A stretch of DNA of 63,687 bases, counting the filler, from Choristocarpus tenellus KU-1152 (taxonomy: Eukaryota > Protista > Phaeophyceae): assembly GCA_964200185.2 (NCBI GenBank). It is 11 parts of 11 records of this genome, joined end to end, with 100 filler letters (N's around TTAATTAATTAA, not from the genome) between each part and the next. Parts side by side here need not be neighbours in the genome. Positions count along the whole stretch, not along the records: positions 51,758 to 60,943 come from CAXNAD020003898.1; positions 61,044 to 63,687 come from CAXNAD020026011.1; 9 more parts are not named here. One strand, written 5' to 3'. The translations under genes and the position numbers were made by a program. Of this stretch, positions 51,913-63,687 are shown one piece after another. Below the pieces are notes generated by a model. The model saw only the letters and a program-made list of their open reading frames with translations, did no database searches and was not told where the DNA came from. Within the stretch, counting starts at the first letter, position 1; every line of letters begins with the position of its first letter.

Positions 51913-54900
51913 ACGTAGAATGACGTGGCATGGATAACTCACCATCGTCTAGTAGTATGTCCGAAGTAGGAAATCTTAAGGGTGTGACCTCTTGAAGGTG
52001 TCTGGAAACTTCAAGTTGATGTTGCAGATGTTATCATAATGACTGCCCTGATATATGTATACTATGTATGTATGTATGCATCATGTACAACTTTCTTCTA
52101 CATTTCGATTTGGTCGTGTCAAGTCTCCCTCCTCGTAGGACATTAGGCTCAGTGGCCTGTGACTCCTTTCTTTTAATATGAAGTAGAGGAAGTCCATTGT
52201 ATGTAGTATAATTTGTTCTTGGTATTTCTAGTAGTATTTCTCTGAGATTCATCAACGAAGTACTTTATTTGTGTGTACGTTCGTTCAGTAATGTGTAGTA
52301 CTACGAAATACCACTACTATCCTACATACACTCGTCATGTTGACATTAAATACAGAAAGAGGTTCATAATTAATTTTTGATCCATGAAGACCTGCTTAAT
52401 GAGACCTACCTATTGGTGACGTTCATTTCATACTGCAATAACAGTGACATTTTAGGTGTTTGCTCTTCCTTCATATTATGGATTTGCCCTCCATATACAT
52501 CAAGCAGACGCAGCAATTCATAGCTTTCCCCCCACGATCTATGCCACCATCGATTTTATTGTCGTTGTTTAGCAAAGTATTGGGTATTATGGTATGTCAC
52601 AATATTTTAATGGTTGTCCCTACTATGTTGTTTTCGTTGAGTCGGAGTACTTGCCACTCACTGATGAATAATATGCAGAATATTATGTTTTTCTTATGTA
52701 GTAGAGGTAGTTGATTCTTCCTTTCATTCAGGCCCACTACGACTATTATTAGGAGTGGTAGTGAAAGAAATATCAAGTCGTGCGTGTGTTCACATATTGC
52801 AAGTTTTTGAGGAAACGTTGTGGACATACGTACTCGTGCGTGTGTCATTTAAAGCGATACAAACAGAACCTTAGGAATTGGGTGTGCATGGATGACGTGC
52901 AGAATAACCGAATAGCCATTATCCATTCAAAATCCTTCCGTTATCAGCCAACAATCGTGGCGATAATATTGAATGAGGCAAATCATATTTTGCGTTGTTG
53001 ATTCACAAGTCGAACTTGTTTAGAATATGACTTTGCTTATTACGCATTGGGAATCAGTGGTACAGTGGGCATGGTGAAGGGTACAACCAACAAGGATGTA
53101 GTAAGTGCATCATCATAATCATCATATATGTTGTGGGTTTCTTCCAAAGTCATCACGTACTCCAAACGCACTGCTTAATCTGATTGACTGACGTAAGTAT
53201 ATGGAACAAATTGATACATAGGACAAGTTGATCACCAAAATAAACACACAAACATCACTGGTTGTGATTGTTTTGGAAGGATACATGCATAATTCCTAGT
53301 GTATCACATGAATGAAAGATATCCTTGGAAAATATCGTTTCCCCAATTTCATTCAACATTTTAAACCTATGTAGTAGTAGTAGGATATATTGCAACGGAT
53401 TTTAAGAGATAACCATTCACACAAGATAGAGACAACTAGCAAAAAGATGTTGGAGACGTTTTCAATGGAGATCTTCTCTCATGTTGTTTGGAAAGGTTTG
53501 TAAGCTGTTGGTGTTGCAGCACTTTTTTAATTTCTTTTTAGCACCCACTTTCCCTCTACAAATTACACAAGAATATGATTCATTGCACACATTCCTCCTC
53601 TCCTTCTGAAAGTCAAGAATATACTCTGACTCAACCGCACACAAAACAAGGCAAAGATTGGTCTAAAGGTACAACAGAGGAGAATCGACCAACTTATCCC
53701 CCAAAAAAAATCCAATGAAGGTTGAAAAGGCTATACCTTGTTACCTTATCTCTTATTTGTCTACAGTACACAGAAAAACCAGCATTCATTCATAGCTTGC
53801 TACATTCTACAGCTGTGCAAGACGTAGTCCCAACCCCGATTGTCACCTCTCTTCTCGTCTTACAAAGTTTTTCTTACAGCCAGGAAATAGAAACAACACA
53901 AAATAATGTACAAGACAATAGAATCAAACCTACGTGAATCAAGACTTGAACCTGCTAAGAAAACAAACGTTTAGTCTACAACCTTCTGTAGAGCAGCACC
54001 AACCAATTGGAAACTCCCCCACACAAAACCCCTTATGTTTACTTGGGGGCGATAATATTGCTTCTCTAGGGTGCACAGAGAGTAATTATGTCTCAAGAAG
54101 GACATGGTGAGCCAATAGCGATTACCACACTGTTGACTTGGGGTGCCATGGACAATTGCGCATCCACTGAGCGTACAGCTCATCACACAGCACTGCAACA
54201 CAAGCCAATGAGTCCCCTCTATTTTGTGATGTCCCTCTCTGGGCCTGAGCAGCTCCAGATTGACAAGCACAGTCACGTATTGAATGTATATATGTACCCA
54301 TCCACACGCTGTTCAAAAACTAAAAAAAGGAACAACCTCACCCAACTTTCACCCCAAACATGAAAAGTCCATCCTCTTTCTCACCAACAAGTAATAAAAG
54401 GAAGTAAAAAAACAAAAAGGACACAAAACATAATGCGGGGAGGGCATACTGCTAGTCTCCCATTTCAGGATCGATAATGTGATGACTACAACATTATCCA
54501 CTCAAGACTAATTGAAACGCACATCCCCCCGCCTCTTTTGTGCTACTTGCTTATCCCCAGGTGTCTCCCCCCCTTGTGCTAATCTTAGCTAGGGCAGGGA
54601 AGTGATGGTAATTGCTACTGGGAGAAAACCCTTTAATAGCTTGACTGGCAATATATCTGTTACCTTCCTTTGAAAGTCAGCTTAACTATTCCTACTCATT
54701 CCAAAAGCTAGCGTATACTATCTGTACAGAAAGATATAAAAAAGGAACCCGACAAATCATTGGCCTCACGTAAAACATTTGTATCTGCATAACCTCCCCA
54801 AAGCAACCTTTGGAGTGGTGTGTGTGTGGGCAAAGCCTATTTTTCTGGCACGCTGACACATCCCCATAGCACCTTAGCCCCTCCCTCCTAAAAGAACAAT

Positions 54901-55581
54901 AACTCTGTAGCTATTCAAACTAATACACAATCAAGAGAACAAAAAAGTCACATTTTTCAAAGCTGATAAGCCTTTCAAGGTGATCTAGATCAGACAGCAA
55001 CAGTACAGTACACACCACATCTGATTGGTCAACCAGAGTCAATCAGACTCCCCCTCCTCAATCTCTACTGGGTGTCCAATACTTCTGATTCACCCCCTTA
55101 CCTTATCCCACTCAATACCCTACTCATCATGCTTACAATAGCCTTCAGAGAAACCTTAAAAAGAACAATCACTTACACTCTTTTTCAAGCAAGGTTGGAA
55201 TCAGACTGCATTTCTCTCCTAGGTTTGCTGCTCAACAAACACGACACAATAATGTGCGAGTTAACAGGGTAGGGGCAAAAACAATAATTCAAAAACACTA
55301 AAAAGGAGAAAAATCTACAATTGTTCCCTAGAACACAACAGTCACCAGTTTCTTGGTGGCAGAACATGTGTGAAGTTGAAGTTTCCATCGATGTGCAAAA
55401 TCCATAGAGGTACAAGGCTGCTGTAAACAGTGCCTCTAAATTGTTGGTCCATACACGTCCTCTTTTCTTTGCCCACCAATTAGGTTTCCCATGCACATTA
55501 CCTTCACAATCCTCTCCTTGCTTGGTACCAAGCTTTCAGGGTCAACAGGTGATCAATTGAATCCTCTCAAGCTCCCCTACC

Positions 55582-57419
55582 TCATGCCACTAGAGATGGA
55601 ACCTGTACCCCTCGCTCAAGTCCCTGCACCTTGGTCTCAAGCAATGTCAAGCGTGCTGAAAGAGTTCGTTCCATCCCCTCTATCATGGACTCCATGCTCT
55701 CATGCATTTTCTCCAATGCTGCCAGGACCTTGTTCTCTGCCTTGGCCGATGCAGCGGCAGTCTCCTGCACACCCCCAGATGTACTCCAATTGACATTTGA
55801 AAGTGTCCCATGAGCTGTGTCTCGATTATCAGAAGATCCAGCAGTGCCAGGTGGAGACTGTGAACGGATAACTATTGGCGATGAGGTCCTTGGCCTTGCT
55901 TGTGGAGACAAGTTCACAGTTGGCTGAGCAATGATTTGGTTTGGAGAGTCTTGAGGCTCCAGCGAATCAGTCTTGGTGGGAGGGGCCTCCTGTGACGGCT
56001 GGAAGATCCCTACAGATGTGGGAAGAGCAGAGTCCCGGAGCGGTGGAGTTGGGGGGTCGGGGGGCACCATAATTGCTGTGGGGAGAGGCATATGCAGGGG
56101 ACTGGAGGATCCAAAGGCCCGCTGCACAGCACTCCAATCAGAACCTCCACTTACAGGGGCTGGGATAGTAAGGGCAGGGACAGGTTGCAGCAATCTTTGG
56201 GGTGGCACCTTGTGCACGTGCCTACTACTACCTCCTTCAACCTCACCAGTAGTGAACACATCCGTTGACAGACCAGGGGCTGGAGGGGAACCTTGGTGTG
56301 AAATATGCACTTGGTCCAGTTGAACACCTACATTTCCTATTCCCCAAGTGGATGATGGCTTTCCCCCCCGTCCACGATGGGGAAGTTCTTCCCAGGATGA
56401 CGTCGATGGATGAGGTGCTGTTGTTGAAACCGCATGCATGGGATGTACTGAGGGTGAGATCCTTCCCCCACTGACCTGTAATGGAACGAAGTTGTTTGCA
56501 CAGTGGCCTGGCAGGGCCCCACCAACGGCAGAGATACCAATGTGGTGTGGTGCATGGATCTGCTGAGGAGGAGTGGAAGGTCTGCGGGCTGGTGGTGATG
56601 CTGCACGCGAGCGTTGGTGGGTCTGTGGATCCCAGGGTCCCACGCCACTACCAGACCCATTGCTATTGGCAGAATTGGAAACGAGGCTGTGGTGGGTCTC
56701 CATGACCAGTTCCACCACCTCTGACAGCATGCGCATCTTGCACTCCGCGAAACCCATAGTCAAGAACTGCTCTGCCTGCGAACAAGGAAATGTCAGCGCG
56801 GCAAATTAATTTTTTCGCCAGTGATAATGCGCTGCATTGAGTGGATTAACAGTTGATTGTATGTCTCTCATCTACATTTCTCACTCTCGTTCAGATGACA
56901 GCGACTGCTAACGGGAAAGGCTGAAGGGATCAGGAAACGTGAAGGCCATCCAATGCGAAACGAGACGGGTTACTCGTAACACAGGACCATCAAGTTGTCT
57001 AAGTGTGGTCAAGAGAGTAGGTCTAACGCATCAGGCCAAGATTATGAAGGGTTTAATGGTATATAATCAAAACATTTCTGCTCACTTACCGTTAGCTGCG
57101 GCATGTAGTTGAACTCTTCTCTCAACAAGCGCATACTCTGGAGGACGAACTTGTAGTCAGTGAGTCCTTGGAGACCCACAAATCCACGGCTTAGTATGTG
57201 CCCGGCCACGACGTTGGACATATCAAGGAGTATCCAGTGTAGGATCACCAATGAAGCCGTCGGATCGCCTCGCACCACTCCATCCCACGGATTGGACTGT
57301 TGCTGGGATACATCGTCTCCTTGCGTAGGTCGAGAAATCTGCCGGAGCTTTTGCACAGGGAAATGAACCCTCCTCAAATGACCCTTGAGACGCTTGGACG
57401 CGTTTTGATGAAGGGCCAT
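55582..57419 (-). CDS. CEP44: Centrosomal protein CEP44 homolog; exons 57090-57419 and 55582-56775
   Basis: GDPTASLVILHWILL...DYKFVLQSMRLLREEFNYMPQLT|AEQFLTMGFAECKMRML matches the CEP44 domain (GDP...LLRDxFNYxPxLT..QF...GFAExK). Phase-0 GT-AG intron; Pro/Ser-rich linker and a C-terminal coiled coil. Confidence 0.88.
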
Positions 57420-58195
57420 GTTGCTTACTGTAGGCCCGTTCAGGTCTCAATCTTGTCTGAAGGGTTTCCACCCACAAAGGAACAGATTAGTAAAAGTTGA
57501 TTTAAGGTGTCCTCACCAGCCAACAGAAATGCACTGCCACAAACAGGAGACTCGATGAACGTTAGAAAGTACAAATCTTGGTAGCTGGCAAGGAAGTAGA
57601 GACCTTAAGGGCGATGATGAGTATGTGAATGATGGTCTGAACTGAACTGTTGTCTGTTGCTTCACAAATGTTTGCGTTGGGGGGTATGTTGGTCATTATT
57701 TTTCTGATATTTGAAGTCAATAAAATAAATATATTTATTCCTTTGTAAGAGTGAATGAAATTGTATGCCACACAACAGAAAAATGAAACACAGTTTTGAA
57801 GAAAATTGTGATTCAAAATAATAACAAGATTGTAACTGTTGGTCGGCGGTGAAAAATACATAGAAAATATTATCCACGAATTTTTTAAGACTCCTATATG
57901 TGTAAGTAGTCAAATATTAGTAGTTGTTGGTCAACTCAAACTTCGATGATCCTTTCTTTGCGCTATTGCGGAGGATCTGTATCCACTTTGGGAGAGTGTG
58001 TGTGAACACTTTCCTTGAACGTTATTGACCCCTTCCTTCCCATAGTCAGTTCGGGGTTCCGAATGGGCATCTCGCGACCGTTCGATAAAGCGTTTTTCCA
58101 ATCAACAAGGTCATGATATGAGAAGGACGATTGGAGTGATCGAAAGAGGGAGACTCCTTGAATGATGCTACCTTCAATATTTTTGGGAGGGGAGT

Positions 58196-60240
58196 GTGGT
58201 TAGGATTCATACTAAATGGTTGAAGGTTCGAGTCATCAGTTTGAGACCTACTAGAGACCCATTCGGAATTATGACTCGGATCAAGAAATACAAACAGATC
58301 AAACATGTCAAGGTCTATGTGGAGACACCTGTTCAGGGGGATGAGGAACCCACAACATGCACAGATGACTCTAGTAAACATTTCGATATGAAGGACCCAA
58401 TCGAAGACAAGGAGGAATCTGAGCAAATGAAAGACACCATTTTTTCGGCAAGCAATGAAGAAGACGGTGACCTAGGATGTAGTGCAGGGGACAAAGTGGA
58501 AGTGTCTTCTCCAGTCCACATAACCGACCGCTTGGAATCATACGGTGGTGTGCCTGCTAGTGTATCGGATACATCTCCAACAGCTGAGATCATTGAGAAG
58601 TACTCAATAAACAAACTGCTCGAAGGCTCCACAATACAAACCATCACGAGAACCAATGCTACCAATGTATTGCGAGAACCCATGAAAACTTCAAACAAGT
58701 CAGAGATATTTGAAGGTTTTGCTGAAGGAGAGGTCGACGATAAATGCGGTGGCACTCTGTGGATGAAAACAGAACGGGTAGTATGTTTCCTTCAGCTCCT
58801 TGCCCTGACTCTCGAGACCAAGGTTAAAGACTGGCCCCCTCTCTTTAAGCAGTCGTGGGGGTGGTCCTCGTTTGCAGTAGAGTACATGCGTTGGCCAATG
58901 CTGGCCCTGCTCAACAAGGTGGGAGGGAAATTCTCACTTACGTTTGGGGACGTGAAGCATAGTCTGTGGCATTTCCGGGCAGTGGTTGGATACGGGGTGG
59001 AGTGCTATTTCCTAGCGTTCGCCATCTTTGTCCTCTTCTTCATGTTGCAGATGCCAGACTACACAAGTCGCAAGTCCAAGATCGTGTGGGAGAGGCGCTT
59101 CCTAACGCACTGGGTGCAGTCGAGTCTTGTTCACTATGTGGTGAATCTGGTTATTTGGTATGCTGTTTGCGCTGCTCTCACTCTGTATGGTGCTAACTTC
59201 TTTCCTGAGGAGGTCGTGACTGCAGTGACAGTTGTTGGAGGAACAGTGGTCAGTGTCATGTGGATGGCAGTCGTCCTCCTCTCCTTCCTTATCCATCTTA
59301 ACCTCCGGCAAGCAACCAAGCATGATGCTGAATACTCCTTCATGATTGCTATGGTGATGACAAATTTATTATTGTGATTTGCAATATTATATGTGGTCCC
59401 GAGAATCCGTTCTCACCCTAACCATCTCCTAGCTGACAGAACGTATTGGAACATTGCTGTCAAGCTTTCTAGACCTGCGCATGTGCATGAAACAAGCCGA
59501 CTCCGCCAGTTCTCCTCCGTTATATTGCCGAGGCAACAATCCCCTTATCCCTCCCCTTGCTAAAAAAAAACCCTCCAAACCTCCCACATGTGGGAAATTA
59601 ACGCTCAGAAAACCCTGGTCAAGACCAAGGTTCGGGCATGCCTCTTCTTCCTTCAGGTTGCCTATATACCAGTGACGGTTGCCATCATTCGTGCCCTTAT
59701 CCCACAATTCGATTGGAACGACTCTCATGCCTTGAAGAATCGGCGCAGCCAAAATCACCACACCTGGTGTTACTTCATGGCATTCCCTCCAGAGGTGATA
59801 ACACGCTCTGTGAGAAGTTGTTATTCATCTCCTGAACATCACAAGTCTTGTCAGTGAGGATACCTCTGGAAAAAGGAGAGGCCTTGATTCAAAGAGAGAT
59901 TATGTTTGACAATAATTGCCATGTGCCCAATGAAGTCGATATAAATGACACATAGATTGGTGGGGGTGCGTTACGTGCATGAAAGGCAACATTTTTACAC
60001 CTTTTGCACTTATGTTGCGTTGAGCCAATAGGATGGCTTTGTTGTGCAACATCCCATACTGCCCTCATTTTTTCTTGCTGTGTCCTCCTTTCATATTTTT
60101 TGTACAATTTTGTTGGAAAAGACTTCTGGGGGCATTGCGACACCCGTGCTTGAGTGCACCAGCCTGAGTGGAATCTCAGTCCATGCGATTTCAGCTTGCT
60201 TGCTCCTCCTCTACACCTGGGGTGTGCCCAACTTGTTCAT
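58196..60240 (+). CDS. Multi-pass membrane protein of unknown family, partial; exons about 58196-59353, 59609-59793 and 60122-60240
   Basis: A 393-aa ORF with an acidic N-terminal half and several hydrophobic helices. It continues by GT-AG joins into KTLVKTKVRACLFFLQVAYIPVTVAII and ECTSLSG..LLLLYTWGVP. Confidence 0.65.
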
Positions 60241-60882
60241 GTGAGACTGTTGAAGACCCTGATCGTACAAGGAAGGTAGGCAGGTGGTAGTCAGGCCTTA
60301 GACCATCAGAATTGAACTCTAGTCTAAGCGTTTGGGTCACAAGGTGGGGATATGGAGGTGAGAATTGAAGATGGTGATTTTGTTTTTGTCTTTCACAGGT
60401 TGGAAGGCTTGATATGGAATGGGAGTGAAGCCTTCAGCTGCCTATCAAGGCCCAAAAGTACAGGGAAGCATTATATTCTGTGAATACCCTTCTGCGCAAG
60501 GTTTTAGAGTTGAGGGTTGAAGTGGGTGGAAGATTGAACAAAATTTCTACCCCCTTTGTAACCAAGAGGACAGAACATCACCTACTAAGTGTAGAACCTT
60601 GATCTTACCGAAAATCGCGCCCCGTACTAACAAATTTACTTCAGGCAGTACTTGATTGCACATCTAATCTCTTCCAGCAAGGTTCATATGAGGATAACAA
60701 TACAAACCTTCTGAACAGGAACATGGCTCGAATTTGCCATCCAAACTTGCATATCTGACCAGCATTGAAGTCATGTTGCTCACAACACGCCACACAGCAA
60801 GCATTAAGAGGTAACCCTTGCCCCCCAGGCTCAATGGATCACTGATGCTTTGCAGGAGTTGGTTCTGTATCATAGTGCTACT

Positions 60883-60943
60883 GAGCCAAAGTATCTTAGA
60901 GGGTACAGCCTCGTCCATTTGGGGGCCAAAGTCCAATGTTGCA
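60883..60943 (+). mobile_element. MITE family B left end at contig end
   Basis: GAGCCAAAGTATCTTAGAGGGTACAGCCTCGTCCATTTGGGGGCC. Confidence 0.87.
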
Positions 60944-61434
60944 NNNNNNNNNNNNNNNNNNNNNNNNNNNNNNNNNNNNNNNNNNNNTTAATTAATTAAN
61001 NNNNNNNNNNNNNNNNNNNNNNNNNNNNNNNNNNNNNNNNNNNCCCGGCACCAAAGGGCATCCCGGCCCTTTGTGCCTCTCCTCTTGTAAGGAGGTTTCT
61101 AAGGCCAAGCTCCGGTTTTTTTTCCTCCTCTGCAAGGGTCCATCATGAGCTCAGGACCTTCGCTCCAGCAGTGTAGAGACGGATTCATTGCCTCTGCTCA
61201 GATGAGCAGTCCCCATCCTCTCCTGCATCACCTTCATGCTAACACTTACACGCTTTGTAGAAATAATATCTGGTTCCAGACCTGCGATGTGTGCAGTTCT
61301 GTCTTCCTTGGGCTGCCTCCTCGAAGGATTGCTTCATGTCAAAGCCTAACACGTCCCGCAACGTCTTGCTACCCACAATCAACACGTTATCATTGCCTGG
61401 TATAACTGCCAAGAGAATATTTCTTACCACCACA

Positions 61435-61616
61435 GACTCAAAGTATCTGGGGGGGGGGGTGGCGACTGTCCATTTGGGGACAATTTTTTTATGTCGTGAT
61501 TTTTGGGTGATTTGGTTGCATACGTCGGATGGATAGTGTAAATACACTTTTCCTGATTCTGGCCCAAATGGACACCCTGGTGTAGACCGTCCCCCCCTCC
61601 CCAGATACTTTGGGTC
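61435..61616 (+). mobile_element. MITE family A, full copy (182 bp), inserted in the protease ORF, ACA duplicated
   Basis: aca|GACTCAAAGTATCT ... AGATACTTTGGGTC|aca; removing it restores GFGPVVVRNILLAVIPG. Confidence 0.93.
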
Positions 61617-62085
61617 ACAGGGCCAAAGCCAGAGCGGAGTGCCACATTTAAGGGACATGTCACGTTCCCGATACTCTCAGACAAACCATTTGCTATCTTC
61701 ACCGCAAAGGGCTGGTGGAGGGGCTTCGTCAGCGCTGCTCCACCAAAATGCTGCTGCATTTTTTTCACCGAGCTCTCAGATATGCCGGTGATCCCTGACC
61801 CTGCGTCCATCAGGGCCTTCATACTGAAAGGCAACTTCCCATGCATGTTGACCCCACTGATGTTACATCTGCTATACCATGGTAGTTCAACCTTTCTACA
61901 TCCGCACCTTCCTTAGCCAGGGACATATCATGAGTGCCCTGGATTTTTCACAGGTCAGTATGACCTGCATAAGGATTAATGTTGCGATCCGGGCTTGCCG
62001 GCAGCTGAGGCATCCCACGATCCACATGATCAGGAACCATCGCATTGATCCTCACATCCCTGCCACTCGTATTCCCACCACCAGT

Positions 62086-62132
62086 GAATGAAGGTATCTT
62101 AGAGGGTACGAGTTTTTCCTTGTTTGTGCATT
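62086..62132 (-). mobile_element. Solo family B end inside the retroelement gag region
   Basis: GAATGAAGGTATCTTAGAGGGTACGAGTTTTTCCTTGTTTGTGCATT; similarity stops at the subterminal motif. Confidence 0.7.
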
Positions 62133-63484
62133 GCCAGAACTCGGTAGCAGGCTGGGGAGCTAGCCCCTGCTGACTCCTTGTACCTTGGGCTGCACCTAGA
62201 CGGCTTGTTCCCCCCCCTACACTTAAGGGTTGCTGTCTTGCACCCCTGTGTTGTTGTCTGTGCCCTTGCCAATATCCTCTCCCAGGGTCTGTACCTCTAC
62301 TATTTTGTTGTGGGTGCCCCTGCTGGCGATGCTGCTGCTCTTTCCGGACTCCAACCGGCAAGCTTCGGCATTGAGCATGTTTATGCCCAACTTTCCCACA
62401 TGCATAGCAAGTCCCTTGGAACTTGTCCTTCCTCACACACAATCCTATACTAGGTGTGCCTCCCCCTGGCTTGCCTATCTTCTCCCCAAACTTAGGCTTC
62501 CCCTGTTGGGGTTTGCCATCAGGTTTGCCTTGCTTGGTTCGTTTCGTTTTGTATGCCTGGGCCCTCTCATAAGTCCTCCATTTTTTGGCTTACTCCTTTA
62601 CTAGCTCAAAGATCTGGTCTGGATCATTTTTGAGCTCAGGATCTCATGCTACATGCTTAAAAATTTCGGCCTTAAAAGCATGGGGTTTGAGCCCTGCTAT
62701 AAAGGCTTCCGAGAGTACCTTCCCCGGCCCTGCCTTCCAAGCCTCCCCTACTTGTCCAGTGTTCTGTCGGAAAGGGTCATCCAGTTTTTTTTCTTCGAGA
62801 TAGCCCTCGATGTCCTGGATCACTCCCGTGACCCAATTAGCAGCGGTCCCTTCATTTCCCATCCAGACCACCCTTTGCAAATCCCTTTGGATTTGCCCAA
62901 TGTCGAAGGTTTGGTCTCCGTCATCAACTTGCGCCACCTTCAGCGCTTTCTGGAGTTTCTTCTCTGTTGCTGCTGTCCAATTGTTTCTCAGTTCGTCCCT
63001 CACCAGAGCTCGTTTCTGAGCAACGGTTAGGGATTCTGACAGGATCATAAGTATAATTGGCATGCCTCCTTTTGAGTGCTGCACCCTAGCGTTCATCTCA
63101 TATTCCCTTTGAGCTGTGTCTGAAATCCCCTCACCTCCTTCTCTGCCAGTCTTTCAACCCGTGAAGGTTGAATATACTGTGCAATCCGTAGCTTAGAACA
63201 ATCGGTCTCACACAAGCCCCCCCAGGCTGCGCCAGGTCCATCTCCGTCGTTCCCTGACATATTAGATCCCTTTAATCTAGTCGCTCGGCTGGTTTCTGCA
63301 CGGTTGTATGTGCTCTCCAAGCTCCAGCAAGCTCCCACAATCACGTGTTCGCCTTCCCCAGCCAATTCTAGCGCTGCACTCAATCCTACGACCAGGTCTC
63401 AAGAATTCAATTGAATTATAGACAGTTCAACCACAGGAACTGATCTATGATGGATTGTAAGTACTCCACCCCACATTGGGGCTT

Positions 63485-63687
63485 GACCCAAAGTATCTGG
63501 GGGGGGGTGGGGGAGGTCTACACCAGGGTGTGGCTCAAAGTATCTCGGAGGGAGTGGTGGCTGTCCATTTGGGGTCAATTTTTTCATATCACGATTTTTG
63601 GGTGACTCAGCTGCCATATGTCCGATGGATAATGCAAATGCACTTTTCCCGATTTTGGTCCAAATGGACACCCTCGTGTAGACCCCC
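63485..63687. mobile_element. Two nested family A copies: 63485-63531 interrupted by an opposite-orientation copy starting at 63532
   Basis: GACCCAAAGTATCTGGG..TCTACACCAGGGTGT|GGCTCAAAGTATCT...CAAATGGACACCCTCGTGTAGACCCCC. Confidence 0.88.

Larger units (their letters stand above)
61044..63400 (-). mobile_element. Decayed Ty3/Gypsy-type LTR retrotransposon, gag and aspartic protease region
   Basis: CCHC knuckle CYACGKVGHKHAQC; protease ALMDAGSGITGIS...VLIVGSKTLRDVLG; frameshifts and MITE insertions. No LTR or RT in this contig, so the Gypsy assignment is an inference. Confidence 0.8.

Overview
Eukaryotic, intron-rich, repeat-rich DNA, most consistent with a photosynthetic stramenopile such as a brown alga (inferred from GT-AG introns, TTAGGG tracts and gene content). 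The window is not contiguous. It is 11 contigs joined by ten artificial 100-bp spacers (44 N + TTAATTAATTAA + 44 N), so adjacency across spacers means nothing. Spliced genes reconstructed by hand: an ankyrin-repeat protein, a cNMP-binding domain protein, a hypothetical protein, the C-terminal part of a CAMK-like kinase, a multi-exon fungal-type Zn(II)2Cys6 transcription factor gene with a TAG inside the zinc cluster (missed by the ORF track), a USP5/13-type deubiquitinase, a FAM13-like C-terminus, CEP44 and a multi-pass membrane protein. Mobile DNA: a complete decayed plant-type mariner element, a Ty3/Gypsy gag-protease region, and hAT, IS630/Tc1-like and Tudor-bearing relics. The most striking non-genic signal is three MITE families (called A, B and C here, about 18 copies or fragments). 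They share a 14-bp TIR (GRNNSAAAGTATCT) and a subterminal GTCCATTT motif, make 3-4 bp target duplications, and twice appear nested inside that same motif of another copy.
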